Assembly (NCBI GenBank): GCA_001687465.1
Contig: LVLI01000067.1
Coordinates: 1-64,000, forward strand
Length of the DNA stretch: 64,000 nt
Source: Halocafeteria seosinensis
Taxonomy: Eukaryota
Reading direction: 5' to 3'
Shown here: one piece after another, positions 1 through 13,992 of the stretch
Layout of the letters: every line of letters begins with the position of its first letter
Numbering within the stretch: the stretch's first letter is position 1
Translations under genes and position numbers: made by a program
Notes under the pieces: model-generated
The model's database searches: none
What the model was told of the DNA's origin: nothing
Seen by the model: the letters and a program-made list of their open reading frames with translations, nothing else

Positions 1-301
<301 letters not shown>

Positions 302-357
302 GTTACCTGTGAATGGATATATTCATTTGGTATTTAATCCTTCCGACCCAAACAAAC

Positions 358-374
358 GGTGTTTTGTAAACACC
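358..374 (+). promoter_or_regulatory. Histone mRNA 3' stem-loop (H4 copy 1)
   Basis: AAAC-GGTGTTT TGT AAACACC-ACC, 56 nt after the stop. Confidence 0.9.
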
Positions 375-857
375 ACCAAGGTTTTTGTAGTCAGTTCCCT
401 TGAGGTCCGACAGTGATAGTGGTATGCAACTTATCCGACACGCGAAGTTGAAATATGAAGGGCGGGTGTTTTCGTAGCAACTAAGGGAGAGAATTCGGCT
501 AGATCAGAACTTACGAGTCTTAGCTGGTGCGGTTCTGAGTAGTTGGTTAGCCCGAGTAGCTTACTGTACCGGCACTCGCTGTTAGCAATAGTCGCATGTA
601 GCCGATAAACACCAAAGCGATAAACGAGTCAAAAAAAAACCAAATGCTTCGTCACTTCGCAACTACGGATACCTTCAACATGGACTTAAGTGGACGATAC
701 CGCGGTATCTCCTTCAGGAACGTTACCATAAAAACTACTGCCTCCAAATTACAGTGTTTAAGCTTCGAAGTACTCATCTACTCCAACTATTCATCGGCCA
801 TGTCTTTCATTGGAACAACAGCAAGTGAATTTGAAAGCCTTAATTAAAATGAAAGGT

Positions 858-874
858 GGTGTTTAAGAAACACC
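858..874 (-). promoter_or_regulatory. Histone mRNA 3' stem-loop (H2A copy 1)
   Basis: Minus strand AAAACC-GGTGTTT CTT AAACACC-ACC, 37 nt after the stop. Confidence 0.9.
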
Positions 875-911
875 GGTTTTTGGGGGTCCGAGAAGCGTTG
901 AGGCGAGGAAA

Positions 912-1301
912 TTACTTCTTGCCTTGTTTCTTCTTGGGGAGCAATACAGCGTGGATGTTCGGAAGAACGCCACCACTGGCAATTGTTACCCCACTCAACA
1001 ATTTGTTCAACTCTTCGTCATTTCGGACAGCCAATTGGATGTGTCGAGGGATGATACGAGTCTTCTTGTTGTCACGAGCAGCGTTTCCAGCCAACTCGAG
1101 GATCTCAGCAGCCAAGTATTCCAATACCGCCGCCATGTACACAGGGGCTCCAGCACCTACACGAGAAGCGATTCTCATCTTACGGATGTAACGGGCAACA
1201 CGTCCGACAGGGAATTGAAGTCCTGCCTTAGCGCTGCGGGTGCTCCCGCTCCCTTTGGAGGTTTTGCCTTTGCCGCGGCCACCTTTGCCTTTACCAGACA
1301 T
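912..1301 (-). CDS. H2A: Histone H2A (no C-terminal SQ motif)
   Basis: [51 protein letters not shown]; intronless. Confidence 0.99.
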   Translation of the reverse strand: MSGKGKGGRGKGKTSKGSGSTRSAKAGLQFPVGRVARYIRKMRIASRVGAGAPVYMAAVLEYLAAEILELAGNAARDNKKTRIIPRHIQLAVRNDEELNKLLSGVTIASGGVLPNIHAVLLPKKKQGKK

Positions 1302-1641
1302 ATTGATTACGTGTTTTCTTTACTAGAAATAAGTGAAATAAAGCGAAACGAATTCTTACTACGTTCTTTTCAAGCTCTCAATCATTTGTTAACTGGATGA
1401 TTCAATATGAGAGCCCTTCGCGTGTCTGCGGATGGGTTCCAATGCGGCTGTAGCAGTTGAAACACCTTCACGACAATGCCCCAATTGGGGCATCCGAAGC
1501 GCGCCCAAAGTTAACCAGAATGCGAGAAAGTGTCCACAAGGGAAAACAGTAATTAGAACATTTAAAGCATTGAACTAGAAGCAATCTGTTTTTGCAGAGT
1601 GATTCAATTCAAGTTTTGTTTGCGACACAAACACCAACAAA

Positions 1642-2013
1642 ATGGCGAAAACACCATCCAAGAAAGCCGCTAGCAAGGCTGGCAAAAAGGGAGCCGCTGC
1701 CGGAAAGAAGAAAAGTACCGGAAGCCGCAAGAAACGAGTAGAAACGTACTCCACGTACATCTACCGTGTGCTGAAACAGATCCACCCTGAGACTGGTATC
1801 TCCAAGAAGGCCATGAGCATCATGAACTCATTCATCAACGACGTGTTCGAGAGACTGTGCAACGAAGCTGGTCGCCTTGCCCGTTACAACAGCAAGGCCA
1901 CTCTTTCCAGCCGAGAAGTCCAGACCTCTGTTCGGTTGGTTCTCCCCGGTGAACTTGCCAAGCATGCTGTTTCTGAAGGGACCAAAGCTGTGACTAAGTT
2001 CACCTCTGCCTAA
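1642..2013 (+). CDS. H2B: Histone H2B
   Basis: [31 protein letters not shown]...[20 protein letters not shown]. Confidence 0.99.
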   Translation: MAKTPSKKAASKAGKKGAAAGKKKSTGSRKKRVETYSTYIYRVLKQIHPETGISKKAMSIMNSFINDVFERLCNEAGRLARYNSKATLSSREVQTSVRLVLPGELAKHAVSEGTKAVTKFTSA

Positions 2014-2067
2014 AGAAGCATGCTTTTGCACTCTATTGTAAATCTTAACCCAGCTAGGAATTCAAAC

Positions 2068-2084
2068 GGTGTTTTTTAAACACC
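2068..2084 (+). promoter_or_regulatory. Histone mRNA 3' stem-loop (H2B copy 1)
   Basis: AAAC-GGTGTTT TTT AAACACC-ACC, 54 nt after the stop. Confidence 0.9.
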
Positions 2085-2345
2085 ACCATTTTTATTCAAA
2101 CAGTTTGAAGGCTCTGATTGCTGGGTATATTGAATAGAATGATGATTTGCCATCAACCATAGATAGTTATCATAGTTTGCCTATTGAATAAATGATACGT
2201 AGCACTCTCATGATAAAGAGTCTCATCCTAGTCAAGAGAAATCGTAGTCGATGCTGGCGTGGACACGTATATTCTGATTTCAATTTCGCTTGGGAATGCA
2301 TTAACGCTACTGAAAGTTTGTACATGTACGTAACAAGTCAATGGT

Positions 2346-2362
2346 GGTGTTTATAAAACACC
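2346..2362 (-). promoter_or_regulatory. Histone mRNA 3' stem-loop (H3)
   Basis: Minus strand AAAC-GGTGTTT TAT AAACACC-ACC, 35 nt after the stop. Confidence 0.9.
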
Positions 2363-2397
2363 GTTTGTTTTGCCAAAGTCTGACATAGCAGGAGTGC

Positions 2398-2850
<453 letters not shown>

Positions 2851-3077
2851 TTAAACTTTTGAAAGGTTGGTAATCTCTTTCAACTCTTGCATATTCATAT
2901 ATCGTTGTGGTTGGATATTCTTCCTCGTTTGAGCCACAGTTGTCAAAGTGGATATATGTGATCAGGTGCGCACAAAGGGGTCGTTTCGGATGGGGACACA
3001 CCTCGTTTTCCGCTTGAAATCCTCAAACAGCCACACAAGCATTCCTTACCTCATTTATTAATCATTAAAGAAACTGA

Positions 3078-3449
<372 letters not shown>

Positions 3450-3505
3450 GTTACCTGTGAATAGATATATTCATTTGGTATTTAGCCCTTCCAAACCAAA
3501 CAAAC

Positions 3506-3522
3506 GGTGTTTTGTAAACACC
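3506..3522 (+). promoter_or_regulatory. Histone mRNA 3' stem-loop (H4 copy 2)
   Basis: AAAC-GGTGTTT TGT AAACACC-ACC, 56 nt after the stop. Confidence 0.9.
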
Positions 3523-3969
3523 ACCTTTTGTACTAAAAACCATCTGAGTGCCGAGAATCGGGGCTCGACGTGTGAGGCTCATCTGCCGGTGGCATTGAGG
3601 CTATCGAAATGAGATAGTCTGATACAACAACGTTAGAACACAAACTGTCGTAGAAAACGATCTTAGGACACATACCCAGCACCACCGAGCCAGGCGCTGA
3701 GTTCAGCTTGTACAAGTCCTTATGGTCAATGCGAACCCAGGCAATCGACAACAGTGTAATCAGTAGTATTTTCAATAAAACTAATGTAACAATAACTGAT
3801 GGAACTTCCACCATGAAACTCAACTGCTGCTGCAGAGCATCGCCTGTGTTAAAAAGATAACCTTCTAAGAAAGGATGGCTAATTGCTGACCGTCAACATC
3901 TGGATTTTATCTATATTATCTTTATCCTCGAACAAAACGCTACTTAATAAGCAAATGAAGTTGGAAGGT

Positions 3970-3986
3970 GGTGTTTAAGAAACACC
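3970..3986 (-). promoter_or_regulatory. Histone mRNA 3' stem-loop (H2A copy 2)
   Basis: Minus strand AAAC-GGTGTTT CTT AAACACC-ACC, 27 nt after the stop. Confidence 0.9.
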
Positions 3987-4013
3987 GTTTTGCTTGTGTT
4001 TGGACGAGAACAA

Positions 4014-4403
4014 TTACTTCTTGCCTTGTTTCTTCTTGGGGAGCAATACAGCGTGGATGTTCGGAAGAACGCCACCACTGGCAATTGTTACCCCACTCAA
4101 CAATTTGTTCAACTCTTCGTCATTTCGGACAGCCAATTGGATGTGTCGAGGGATGATACGAGTCTTCTTGTTGTCACGAGCAGCGTTTCCAGCGAGCTCG
4201 AGAATCTCAGCAGCCAAGTATTCCAATACTGCTGCCATGTACACAGGAGCCCCAGCACCTACACGAGAAGCGATTCTCATCTTACGGATGTAACGGGCAA
4301 CACGTCCGACAGGGAATTGAAGTCCTGCCTTAGCACTACGGGTGCTCCCGCTCCCTTTGGAGGTTTTGCCTTTGCCGCGGCCACCTTTGCCTTTACCAGA
4401 CAT
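4014..4403 (-). CDS. H2A: Histone H2A (copy 2)
   Basis: Protein identical to 912..1301. Confidence 0.99.
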   Translation of the reverse strand: MSGKGKGGRGKGKTSKGSGSTRSAKAGLQFPVGRVARYIRKMRIASRVGAGAPVYMAAVLEYLAAEILELAGNAARDNKKTRIIPRHIQLAVRNDEELNKLLSGVTIASGGVLPNIHAVLLPKKKQGKK

Positions 4404-4742
4404 ATTGATTACGTGTTTTCTTTACTAGAAAAACGAGTAAAATAAAGCGAAACGAACTCTTAGTATGTTCTTTCAAACTCTTTTATCATTTGTTAATTGG
4501 ATAAAGTAATATGAGTGCCATTCCGGCGTCTCGGATGGGTGCCAGTACGGCTGTAGCAGTTGAGGCAACCTTCATCCAGATGTCCCAACTGGGGCATCCG
4601 AAATGCACCCAATTGCGGGAAGAATGGCACAAATCGTCTACAAGGGAAAACAGCAATTAGAACATTTGAAGTATTGAAACTGAGAAGTAATTTGCTCTTC
4701 TGAAGTGATTTAATCAATTGTTTCAACATAAACATAAAGAGA

Positions 4743-5114
4743 ATGGCGAAAACACCATCTAAGAAAGCCGCCAGCAAGGCTGGCAAGAAGGGAGCCGCTG
4801 CCGGAAAGAAGAAAGGAACCGGAAGCCGCAAGAAACGAGTAGAAACGTACTCCACGTACATCTACCGTGTGCTGAAACAGATCCACCCTGAGACTGGTAT
4901 CTCCAAGAAGGCCATGAGCATCATGAACTCGTTCATCAACGATGTGTTCGAGAGACTGTGCAACGAAGCTGGTCGTCTTGCCCGTTATAATAGCAAGGCC
5001 ACTCTTTCCAGCCGAGAAGTCCAGACCTCTGTTCGGTTGGTTCTCCCTGGTGAACTTGCCAAGCATGCTGTTTCTGAGGGCACCAAAGCTGTGACTAAGT
5101 TCACTTCTGCCTAA
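4743..5114 (+). CDS. H2B: Histone H2B (copy 2)
   Basis: One amino-acid difference from copy 1 (KKKGTG versus KKKSTG). Confidence 0.99.
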   Translation: MAKTPSKKAASKAGKKGAAAGKKKGTGSRKKRVETYSTYIYRVLKQIHPETGISKKAMSIMNSFINDVFERLCNEAGRLARYNSKATLSSREVQTSVRLVLPGELAKHAVSEGTKAVTKFTSA

Positions 5115-5154
5115 GGTACTAAGCTCTGCCACTGTCAATGTTGACATTTCAAAC

Positions 5155-5171
5155 GGTGTTTGCTAAACACC
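5155..5171 (+). promoter_or_regulatory. Histone mRNA 3' stem-loop (H2B copy 2)
   Basis: AAAC-GGTGTTT GCT AAACACC-ACC, 40 nt after the stop. Confidence 0.9.
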
Positions 5172-5270
5172 ACCTACTGCAACTACTACGCTACACTGTG
5201 ACAAAAGAAAACGAAAACACAAATTTTTAGAGCATTATCATACTAAATAATGTGCGATTCTGCCACTTGA

Positions 5271-6211
5271 TTACAAGCGAGGTTCGTTTAAAGCAGCATC
5301 TACTACCCCCGAATACTTCCCGTAGATCTCTGCGGATTTGGCCCGTTCTACAACTCTATTAATGATCTCGTTAATCTCCTTCACATGCTCCAAACTCTGC
5401 ATTCGTCCGTGATACCACTTGGACAGATTGGAGTACCGTTGGTAGTCGAAAGGCAATGTCTCTAATTGGTAGAGCTCACAGAAGCAACTTAAGTCCGCTA
5501 TAGAGACTTCATCCCCGGCCACATATTTTTGTTTGCTTAGTTTCTCGTCTAGGAGACGTAAAGCTTTGTCTAAACCTTCTGTACTTTCTTTAACGAGATC
5601 TTCGATATTGCTAGGAACATCCATACCCATTAGAGGCATCATTACAGCCGGGAAGACGAGCCTCCCCGCAGTAGCACGGATATTGCTGCAATGGAACGAA
5701 AGATATAAATCATACAATGATTGCGTCGACGATACGCTGAGTAGCAAGTAAGGCTTACAGATGATGCCAGTCAAGATACTCATCAACACGGGCCCTGCGC
5801 TTGGCATCTCTTGGATACCAGTTTGGTCCAACTGCCTCTTGCGTTGTGGCCAAATATCGCATGATTGAATGACTGTACAACAACCTACATATGCAAAGCG
5901 GCCAAATTCTCATTCTATACGGGTTTCGCACCTTTCTGAAAGGGTGAATCCGTCATTCATTTCCAGCACTGGTACTTTTCCGGCAGGGTTTATTTTTCGG
6001 AACGATTCCGAGCGTGCCATACCCTGGATACATACACCACAAGTACCGCATCGTTCAATAACAGTTGTATACTTAATTCTCCTTGATTGCGTGTTCGTAC
6101 CTTTCCGATTTTGATCAGTTCCGGTGAAAAATCAAGCTTATTTAGTCGAGCAAACCAGATCACCGCTCGACACGGCTGAGAAGCGAAATCCACGTAAAGT
6201 TTCATTGCCAT
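5271..6211 (-). CDS. Glutathione S-transferase, theta-like (4 exons)
   Basis: SQPCRAV, INPAGKVPVL, TLSESHSIMRYLA, RARVDEYLDWHH, VSIADL. Introns 6024-6100, 5873-5931 and 5686-5758. Confidence 0.9.
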
Positions 6212-7079
6212 ACTAGCAGCTATAGTGGAGTGAACACACGATTGAAGGGGACGTTTTACGTGATAACTGATAAACAGGAACCGACCGCTTCATACAATCC
6301 AGTGTAATCCTTGATTGTCTTCCAGGATGCATGCAGTCCGGGGCGGCAAGTTGAAGAATGTTTGGGAACGACGAAGTTCCTCTCATAGGTACCTGTATAT
6401 TGCTGCTATTCACACGTCGTGCAGCTCCACGGAAGCCGAAGGTACTACTTTGTGGATGCTGTGAAAGATCAAAGTGTGTCTCTTCGTCTTCGTGGCCAAA
6501 CTTCAACAATTGGATACATGAACTGCGTGAAGTGACTGAAGTCTTGAAGATTCACCTTGTTTAGCAACACAAAACGGAAGAGGCTTGTAAGTGTGTGCAC
6601 CAGCAGAAAGGTGGAAACAAGCTTAATAACAAACTGGTTCTACTTGGAGTCCATTTACTCGTATTATCTGCCTCTTGAATTTTATCCCCGGGTGTGGTTT
6701 TATTTGGTGAAAAAGCTTCAACAACGCAGCCTTGTTTCGGGAGGGGGAGAACAGATATCTTCCTGTCTCTTGACCTAAACGAGTACTGATTTCAGAGTTT
6801 TAGCCTAACAGACAACCCCCCTCGAAGTTTATTCACGTTACTTCGTGGGCCTGTATGTGTGCGTCGAGCACACATGTGGAGATGGGTAAATAGGGCATAG
6901 GCGAAACCTGCCTTGCTTCTAGAACTTCAACGAGTGGAACCCTTACACAAGGCGTAGTAACGCACGCATGTAAGTAACAAGAATTTTCACTGAATTTAAT
7001 AAGTGCTCAATGGCCAGCAGGGCGGCACTTGAATACGACTTTCCTCAGCGGAGATTCTTTTTGCAGGTCACTCTAGAGG

Positions 7080-8113
7080 ATGCCATCACCAGGCAAGTCC
7101 GCCGATACCGAAGACAATACAAAAAAGCTCAGAACAATGGATCCCGAAGTCGGATTCGATCCTTGCGATCTCCCTGTATCCCCTCCACAGGTGCCCGTTT
7201 TCCCGTCTCATGGCATGCCAGTGATGCTGCTCTCTTGGAAGCCTCGGCACACTGCAGACTTCGTTGCGGCCGGTATAGCCGCAGCTACCAACATAGTGGT
7301 CACTTACCCAGTCTTCAAAGCCATCGTGCGCATTCAGGTGAGTACGCTGCTTATTGCCTTTGAATGATGGGTCACGGTTCATAGAATCTCCAACGAACTA
7401 TGCAGATGGATGGTACGGCTCTGCCAACCGTGGTAGCAGACTTTAAGCAGGAAGGCTTCAAGAACTTATACCGGGGTATGCTTCCTCCGCTGTTGTCCAG
7501 AACAGCACAGGTGTCACTGATGTTTGGATTATATGAAAGCTATTCTCACATATTGTACGAGAAAGGCGTGCGCCCTGTCAGTCTAACAGCTGCATTCGGA
7601 ACAGGAGTTACGGAAGCATTATTGTTGACTCCATTTGAAACTATCCAAACGGTTCTTTCGTGCTACAAGCTACACTCGCATTACAAGAATACTTTCGATG
7701 TAATGAGACAGTTGTCGCTTCGAGAGCTGTGGACGGGGCTCGGTGTAATCACAACACGGAATGTGGTAAACGCGGCTTTATTTTTTCCCGCCAAGCAATA
7801 CGTGGGAACCCTCACAAGTGGATTGAATACCAGCAACTTTACCATAGACTTTCTATGTGGAGCGGGATTAGGTGCTGTCATCAGCAGCGCAATGTTCCCG
7901 CTGCATGTACTTAAGCTACAACTCCAACGTGCCACAGGCGCACGTGAGCCTGCTTCGGCCGGATCCTTATTTAGGGATATACTGGCAGAGCGCGGGTTTT
8001 TAGGGATGTACCGAGGAGTCCCACTCCACTTTACCCGTGCGTTCATTTCCTGGGGAATTATCAATGCTCTCTACGAACAGGTGAAGAGTGGCTTGGACAA
8101 CGAACAGAGGTAA
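7080..8113 (+). CDS. Mitochondrial carrier, SLC25A51/MCART-like (2 exons; start could be 7137)
   Basis: Three carrier repeats (TYPVFKAIVRIQ, TPFETIQTVL, FPLHVLKLQLQ); LYRGMLPPLL..SLMFGLY; RAFISWGIINALYE. Confidence 0.8.
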
Positions 8114-8391
8114 CACGGTACTCGAAGCCACTGCTGCTGACTTGGAGTACCACTATTGGACATTTTCCACCACCTTGTATTGTAATGTACATCACAAATA
8201 ATGTCAACACAAACATTGAATAACGTTGGCGACCTGGTTACAACCTGACGTGATGATAGGTGTGAAGGTGGGAGGTGTGACGCTACCTCCCTGCTACATA
8301 CTATACTGGATAGCATAAATATTAACAGTCTGCTGCACTGAATTGAAGGCACCTCCACTACTTTATCGTTTGACACTGGAAGAGAGTTAGA

Positions 8392-10695
8392 ATGCCTCGT
8401 GATTCAGAGCGGCAAATCCGTAAGAGGCAGGCGACGACGGAGGACGATTGCGTGGCGTCATCTGCAAGTAATACATCGTCCACCAAAGCTCCCAAGAGCA
8501 GTCATGCTAGCTCTATCACTACTGATCAGACTGCCAATGCGCAATCCCGGTCCGCTACGGGGAAACCAGAAGATGAAACTCAGTGCTTTCTGCAGCAGTG
8601 GACTTCCAAATTTGAAGAGGAAGCCAAGACCAAGACATCAAAGAAGGGATCCACTTCGTTCGCTCCACTACGAGGAGAAAACATAGCTTATTTGATGCAG
8701 GAGCTGTTTGTGTTTTTCAACGAAGTGGAATCGGAAGAGTCTATTGAGATTCTAGGCTCGTTCTCAAGGGAGCTAGCTTCGAACATCCGTCTTTATTTGA
8801 GCAACTGGGCGCAAGTGATCATGGTTCGGCGGCAGACGAACGCCACAGCAGAAGAGCATGCGGCCGAAAGAGAAGATAGAATTGCGCTATACGCATTAGA
8901 AATTCTGGCGTATCTCGTCCATGCTTACCCTGCAGAAGTTGCGAGCCTCTCAATCTACAAGGATGAAGTTTTCCAGGCTATAATTTATGCTTGCTTGCGC
9001 GCGCGCGACAGCCCAAAATGGGTATGTGGTACAGACTAATACATTTTTCATGAAACTAATTTTTAACGCGAATATTAGTGCAGCTGCATGCATCGATTTT
9101 GTTGTGGACTTGGATGGGTACTTGGGATCCCGTGGAAGCTAACATGTCAGGGAGCTCGCTCCAGAGAATATGCACAGATCTAATAACTACAGGGGCCATT
9201 ACGTTAGACATATGCCTTCCGTGGGTAGATAAGAACCCTGAAGGATTGCAGCGGAACAATGTCAAAATGGGTAAGTCGTTGCAGTGCCAGATGTTCGGAT
9301 ACTTTTTTGATCAACCAGCTTGAGCATGGAGTTTTGCAGTGGGCCAACAGATACTGTTGCTTTTGAGGCGTGGTTTGTATAAGCTTCCGATAAACAATTT
9401 TATAGGAGCCGACGATGCCATCCTTGCTTGCGAGCCTCCCAGAGCTGTCCTGATGGTCCAAGTTCTCTTACTCCTTCTGTGGGAAGATCCCCAATTGTTG
9501 CAAAACCCTTGCAGTGATAGTCAGACGGAAACAGCGATCTCTCAGATGGAAAGCGAAGCTTCAGCGACATGCGAATGCGTTAACGAGACGGGTGTCAAGT
9601 TACTTAGGCACTGTCCGCAACATTCTCCTTCATTCTCTCATTCTGGGGATTGTATCCTTGTGGTCTGCTTGTTGGCAAACTGCTCTGCAAAACAGTATAA
9701 GCGGGAGACCAGCGATTTACAGAATATGGCAGTCGAAGAGGACATTTCTGTATGTCTCTCCGTTTGTAGTCGCTTGATCTCTCACTTTGGGACTCAGAAT
9801 AAAGAGGCTTTTGACTGCTTGGATTGTCTGTATGATGAAGCGATAGATTCGAGCAGCTTGGCGGATCTTAGTACATGTGGTAAGAATACAATCCTGAAGT
9901 GGAAGTTTTTCATTGCCACTCGTGCTACTCACTCGCAGAACATGTGCTGTATAGGCGGTTGGTCTGCCAGAGTATCCTAAATGTGCTATCTCCAAACGAT
10001 GACAACAGCAAGTGAGTACAGGTGTAAACGCAATGGCCTTAAAAGCGTGGAATGCGAATCGTTCTGGTTGCAGTGCACGGCTAGTCAATGATATCCGACG
10101 TTTTGTCTCATGGCTGGATGGTGCTCATCCTTTTTGCAATACATGCTTTCAGCTACTTCAAGAATTTGCAACTGCCTATTTGGAGAACGATGAATTAGGG
10201 ACGCGTTATGTCGAAAGAATAAGCGACGTTCTGGAGTATTTGCAAAGTCACGAGTTCGCAGAGGAAGAAAATCGTTACTCAACAAGAATAATCGGAGCGT
10301 CGTTGCGTACCTTGATGAGAAGTAGTGAACGGGTACCGAAACAATATTCGCAGCTTCTGCAATGGTTTGAAAACTGCGAGACATTAAGTAGCACTCGAGT
10401 TTCCAGTGCTTTAGAGCAGAGCAAAAACATCTTAGGCACACAGAGTCAAGACGTATCTACTGCATCACCGGCTCAGGACCGGGAGTCTACGACGGCAGCT
10501 ACAGAGCGCTTAATGAACATATTTTCAACAGCCCAACTATTGCTAGAGGACGAGTACACGGAATCGGATATCAGGAAAGCAAAGGAAAAGTCCCTCGGCG
10601 ATAGCGATGCCCAAGGCGTAGCCGAAGTTTTGCATCGTATTGGGAACAGTCTCCAAGGGAGATATCATTCGCATAGTGAAGGGAGAGAAAGATAG
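8392..10695 (+). CDS. Hypothetical protein, multi-exon, probably helical-repeat
   Basis: Consecutive + ORFs joined by GT-AG introns; no family recognised. Confidence 0.6.
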
Positions 10696-10758
10696 TAGAG
10701 AACGAGCATGTGACATTCTGATTGCGAGTAGTTACGAGTACCATCGTTCCACCAAATA

Positions 10759-12053
10759 TTACCTCATGTCGGGATCGTCATCATCGGGTGTCGTCATGAG
10801 CGGCTTTCTAGCGTGGCGTTTCTTGACGAAACCTCTTGGGGGTCTGTGCTGCTTTCTTGAAGTCTTTTTTATATCTGTTTCCTCTTCACCCATTGCAACA
10901 GATAGATCATCTTCATCGCCTTCACTAACGGGAGGTATCTCGTCAGTTTCTTTGTGTTCTTCCTCCACCTCTGCTTGGCCCCCCGCCGTCATCAGTGGCT
11001 CAAAGAGTTCTTCTTCTGAGGACTTGGAAGATTTACCTGTCTGATAAGTTCCCTTCACGTCTATATCGACAACATCACTACCTAGTTTGCGTTCTTGTAT
11101 GTGCTTTATCTCATCTTTAGACAGGAAAGAGCGGTACTTGGGTTTTGTTCTTAAGCGAGCTTTTGTGGTACTGCCGAACCAGAGTAAAAAGACAACAAAT
11201 GATTAACGCTTAGCATGTCAAGGTGAACGCTTAAAACCACGTACTGTCGTGACGATCCTCGTTCCAGTCCTTGCTTTACTAAATTCATCTGTCGCCGCAT
11301 CATAGTCTCGTACATCTCCTTGGGTGGCATGTTCATGACATCTTCCCCCTCTATTGACTTTCGTAGCTCTTCAGGAGGATCCAGTCTCCTGCACTAACAA
11401 AGAATGGTAACAGAACTCGTTGAACAACAATTGCAAGCTATAAATCGTACTTGTAAAAGTTAGGTCCATTTTCTATTAGCCATGATTTGGCTACATCATA
11501 GGCCTCTGTTTCAGTCTTATCAGCCTGGAGCTCTTGTACCTGCTTGGCAGCAAATTGTGAGGCAACAGTGCCTTGCTGTTGAGGATCCGGGTGAAATGGA
11601 TCATAGTGATCATGCGCTGTAATCATGGGATTTCGTTCCTCAAATTCTCTGCAACAACGCGCAAACCATGGTATACTAGATCACCTTCCGCATAGGTGGT
11701 GGGAGTCTCTCGTACCGAATCAATCGATCCTCTACGAAGACCATTCGAGGGACCTCCCGTTTCTTGATGGCAGGCTCTACAGGCAGCGGGGGCACTTTCC
11801 TCATAGCATCGTACCAACTCGGCTGTATTAGACAAGGGGGAGTGAATACTAAGGTAATCAATTAAACATGGACTTCCCCCATTGGTACGCACTTTATACC
11901 ATAATCCTCCTCTCACTTGCTCCTTTGCCTCCGCCATAAAGGGGAGGCGTCTGCACGGCAATTTCAAGAAAGAGTGGATGCCATTGTTAGTGATAGTATG
12001 CCCCACAATGTAATAATGATGTCCCGCCCTTCTTACCTGTAAATTCGGGGCAT
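10759..12053 (-). CDS. MRPS23: Mitochondrial ribosomal protein mS23/Rsm25-like with acidic C-terminal extension (multi-exon)
   Basis: Spliced start MPRIYRRLPFMAEAKEQVRGGLWYKPSWYDAMRKVPPLP...VPRMVFVEDRL, then YDPFHP..ASQFAAKQ. Confidence 0.6.
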
Positions 12054-12090
12054 TTTACTCCTTTCTCTACTCCACGCGCATCGACACCAA

Positions 12091-12110
12091 GAGAGAGAGA
12101 GAGAGAGAGA
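12091..12110 (+). repeat. (GA)10 microsatellite in a divergent promoter
   Basis: gagagagagagagagagaga. Confidence 0.95.
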
Positions 12111-12369
12111 AGGGGGCAGTCACAGAAGAAAACTACACCCCACGGGAATGACTATACAGCTATCCATTCAAGGCATTAAGCCCACTGACATGTAATTACC
12201 TGAATGTAGAGGCGAAGGCAACAATCTTTTCGCAACCTTTGCCTTCGTGAATCATGGATGAATACATTGCCTATCCCCCTCACTATAGTGTAATCAGGCC
12301 AGTTTTGATGTGTCATGGTTAATTAATGTATCCGTTGTTATCACAGAAAGCATTCTAAAAAGAGGGAGA

Positions 12370-13656
12370 ATGGCGACAACCAGCCAGGGAACGCAGCGAC
12401 TTCAACTTTACAGGGCGAGTCATGCTCGCCTACAGGATTTCTGGTCCAAGTTAGCGGGCGCTGTGAGAGAATTCAAGGAAAATTCAGCTGCCGCCAAAGG
12501 TGAGGAGGAGGAGGAGGCGCGCCGCAATTTTGAGTCCACTCTCACAGAGATATTTCCCTTCAGTCTTCACCAACGCAGTCCTTGTACTTTCCCCGTGACT
12601 GTGGAACATGCAATCACTCTCAGCATTCATGCCTTGTGTGTCATGGGAAGCCATCTGGATAACCAAGGCTCGTCGGACCCCAACGATTCCGCTTCTGTGG
12701 GCAGTAAACGAGTGCCTCCGGGAAGTTCGATTACCCCCGGGTTAGGATACACGTGTACAGGAAGTGGAGAAGGTAATGAACTAATGCCTTCACTTCCCAG
12801 TGGAAGGCAGAGCCGCAACAATAGGAACGTGCAGCAGCAAGCAGCTCAAGGGTCGTCTTCGAGGGTTGTTTCTTTTATGGCAGAATACGGGAAATACCTG
12901 CCTCCTGGTGGATTTGAAATGGATGAACACACGTATGCAGCCACGTATGAACTCAACAGGGAAGCTGCAAATATCAAGCTTAAGGTATGTGTTTTGTGCA
13001 TTTTTTTTTTCAAGGCACAGTCTGAAACTGGTAAGCAGGAATATTCGTCCTCTGCTGTTACAGATCGTTCGACCGGCAATGGCTAACTTCTTAATGATGC
13101 ACGTAAGCGTCCACCGCAGCAGCGCCGTCGATCAGAGCGTTCGCTCCGTTCAAGTTTCTTCTTCGGCGTCCTGTGTGGACAAACATGTGGAAACTGTAGA
13201 GCGCACTGATTTATTGTCTTTGGATGGTCTGCAAGAAGTGGCAGATACTCTCAACACCAATGTGGAGGACATTCAGGGGAGGGGTAGCCTGTCACGATCA
13301 GTGAGTTTTGTATTTGAAAGAGACACCGTGCATGAAGTTCCTCATATCGGGCGATCTCTATGCAGGTAGACTACACGCAATCAGATACTTCATCAAACCG
13401 CATTGGCTCTATTGAACCTCGTGTAGCGTTCGACGATACTCTGCCAGGAAGTGTAGTGGGAGGTGGGGGCCTCGAAGTGGGGCCAGCCAACCCATGTTTC
13501 CAGCGTCCCGGGGAGCAACCACCTCCATCCCTGCGCGCCCCTCCTAGATCGAGATACGATCCTATGACCCCATGGGACACTGATCGACGGGGTATAGGTG
13601 ACGACGTGGATATTGACCGACCTCGCTTTCCTCATGGTCGTGACGACATTATTTAA
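12370..13656 (+). CDS. PI31/PSMF1-like proteasome regulator (3 exons)
   Basis: FP-domain-like AITLSIHALCV..G and YAATY; proline-rich tail GGGLEVGPANPCF...APPRSRYDPMTP. Confidence 0.5.
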
Positions 13657-13992
13657 TATTAATGGCTACCTGGATACGTATAACACAAGCCTGTCGTTTA
13701 TGTATGCATCGCTAGAGTGTCCAGTTTGGTAGTTACGTTATGCCAAACTTTCTTCGTTTCCAACGGCAACGGCGATATCTTCCCTTGGGTGGTACGGAAC
13801 GGGTAGAAGCCGACGGTAACTATCACCTGCCAAGCAAATGCATGATGTTCGACGACGACGAAACTTGGTGACAGTGCCTGGAGTATGTCAACACCTCACC
13901 TCATCTGAAACCAACTACCATAAAGAAGCTGTTTGTACGAAGAGGCTTCGGCTGGTGTGTGCGCTCCCTGCAACAGATCCTCCTTGTTCTCA

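Noticed and set aside
640..847. Short ORF, or a minus-strand LRR-like remnant (KLKHCNL/GGSSFYGNVPE), in the histone spacer
   Set aside because: Needs a frameshift and stops, is too short, and is absent from the second repeat unit.
6358..6564. Segment NNWIHELREVTEVLKIHLV resembling Rab or SNF2 motifs
   Set aside because: No flanking GTPase or helicase motifs; likely chance.
9972..10008. Possible U12-type intron starting GTATCCT
   Set aside because: Two ordinary GT-AG introns on either side explain the frame, which makes this stretch exonic.
13842..13908. C/D box snoRNA candidate (ATGATG...CTGA); a similar one at about 2139-2278
   Set aside because: Imperfect C box or no terminal stem, and no rRNA guide I could recognise.
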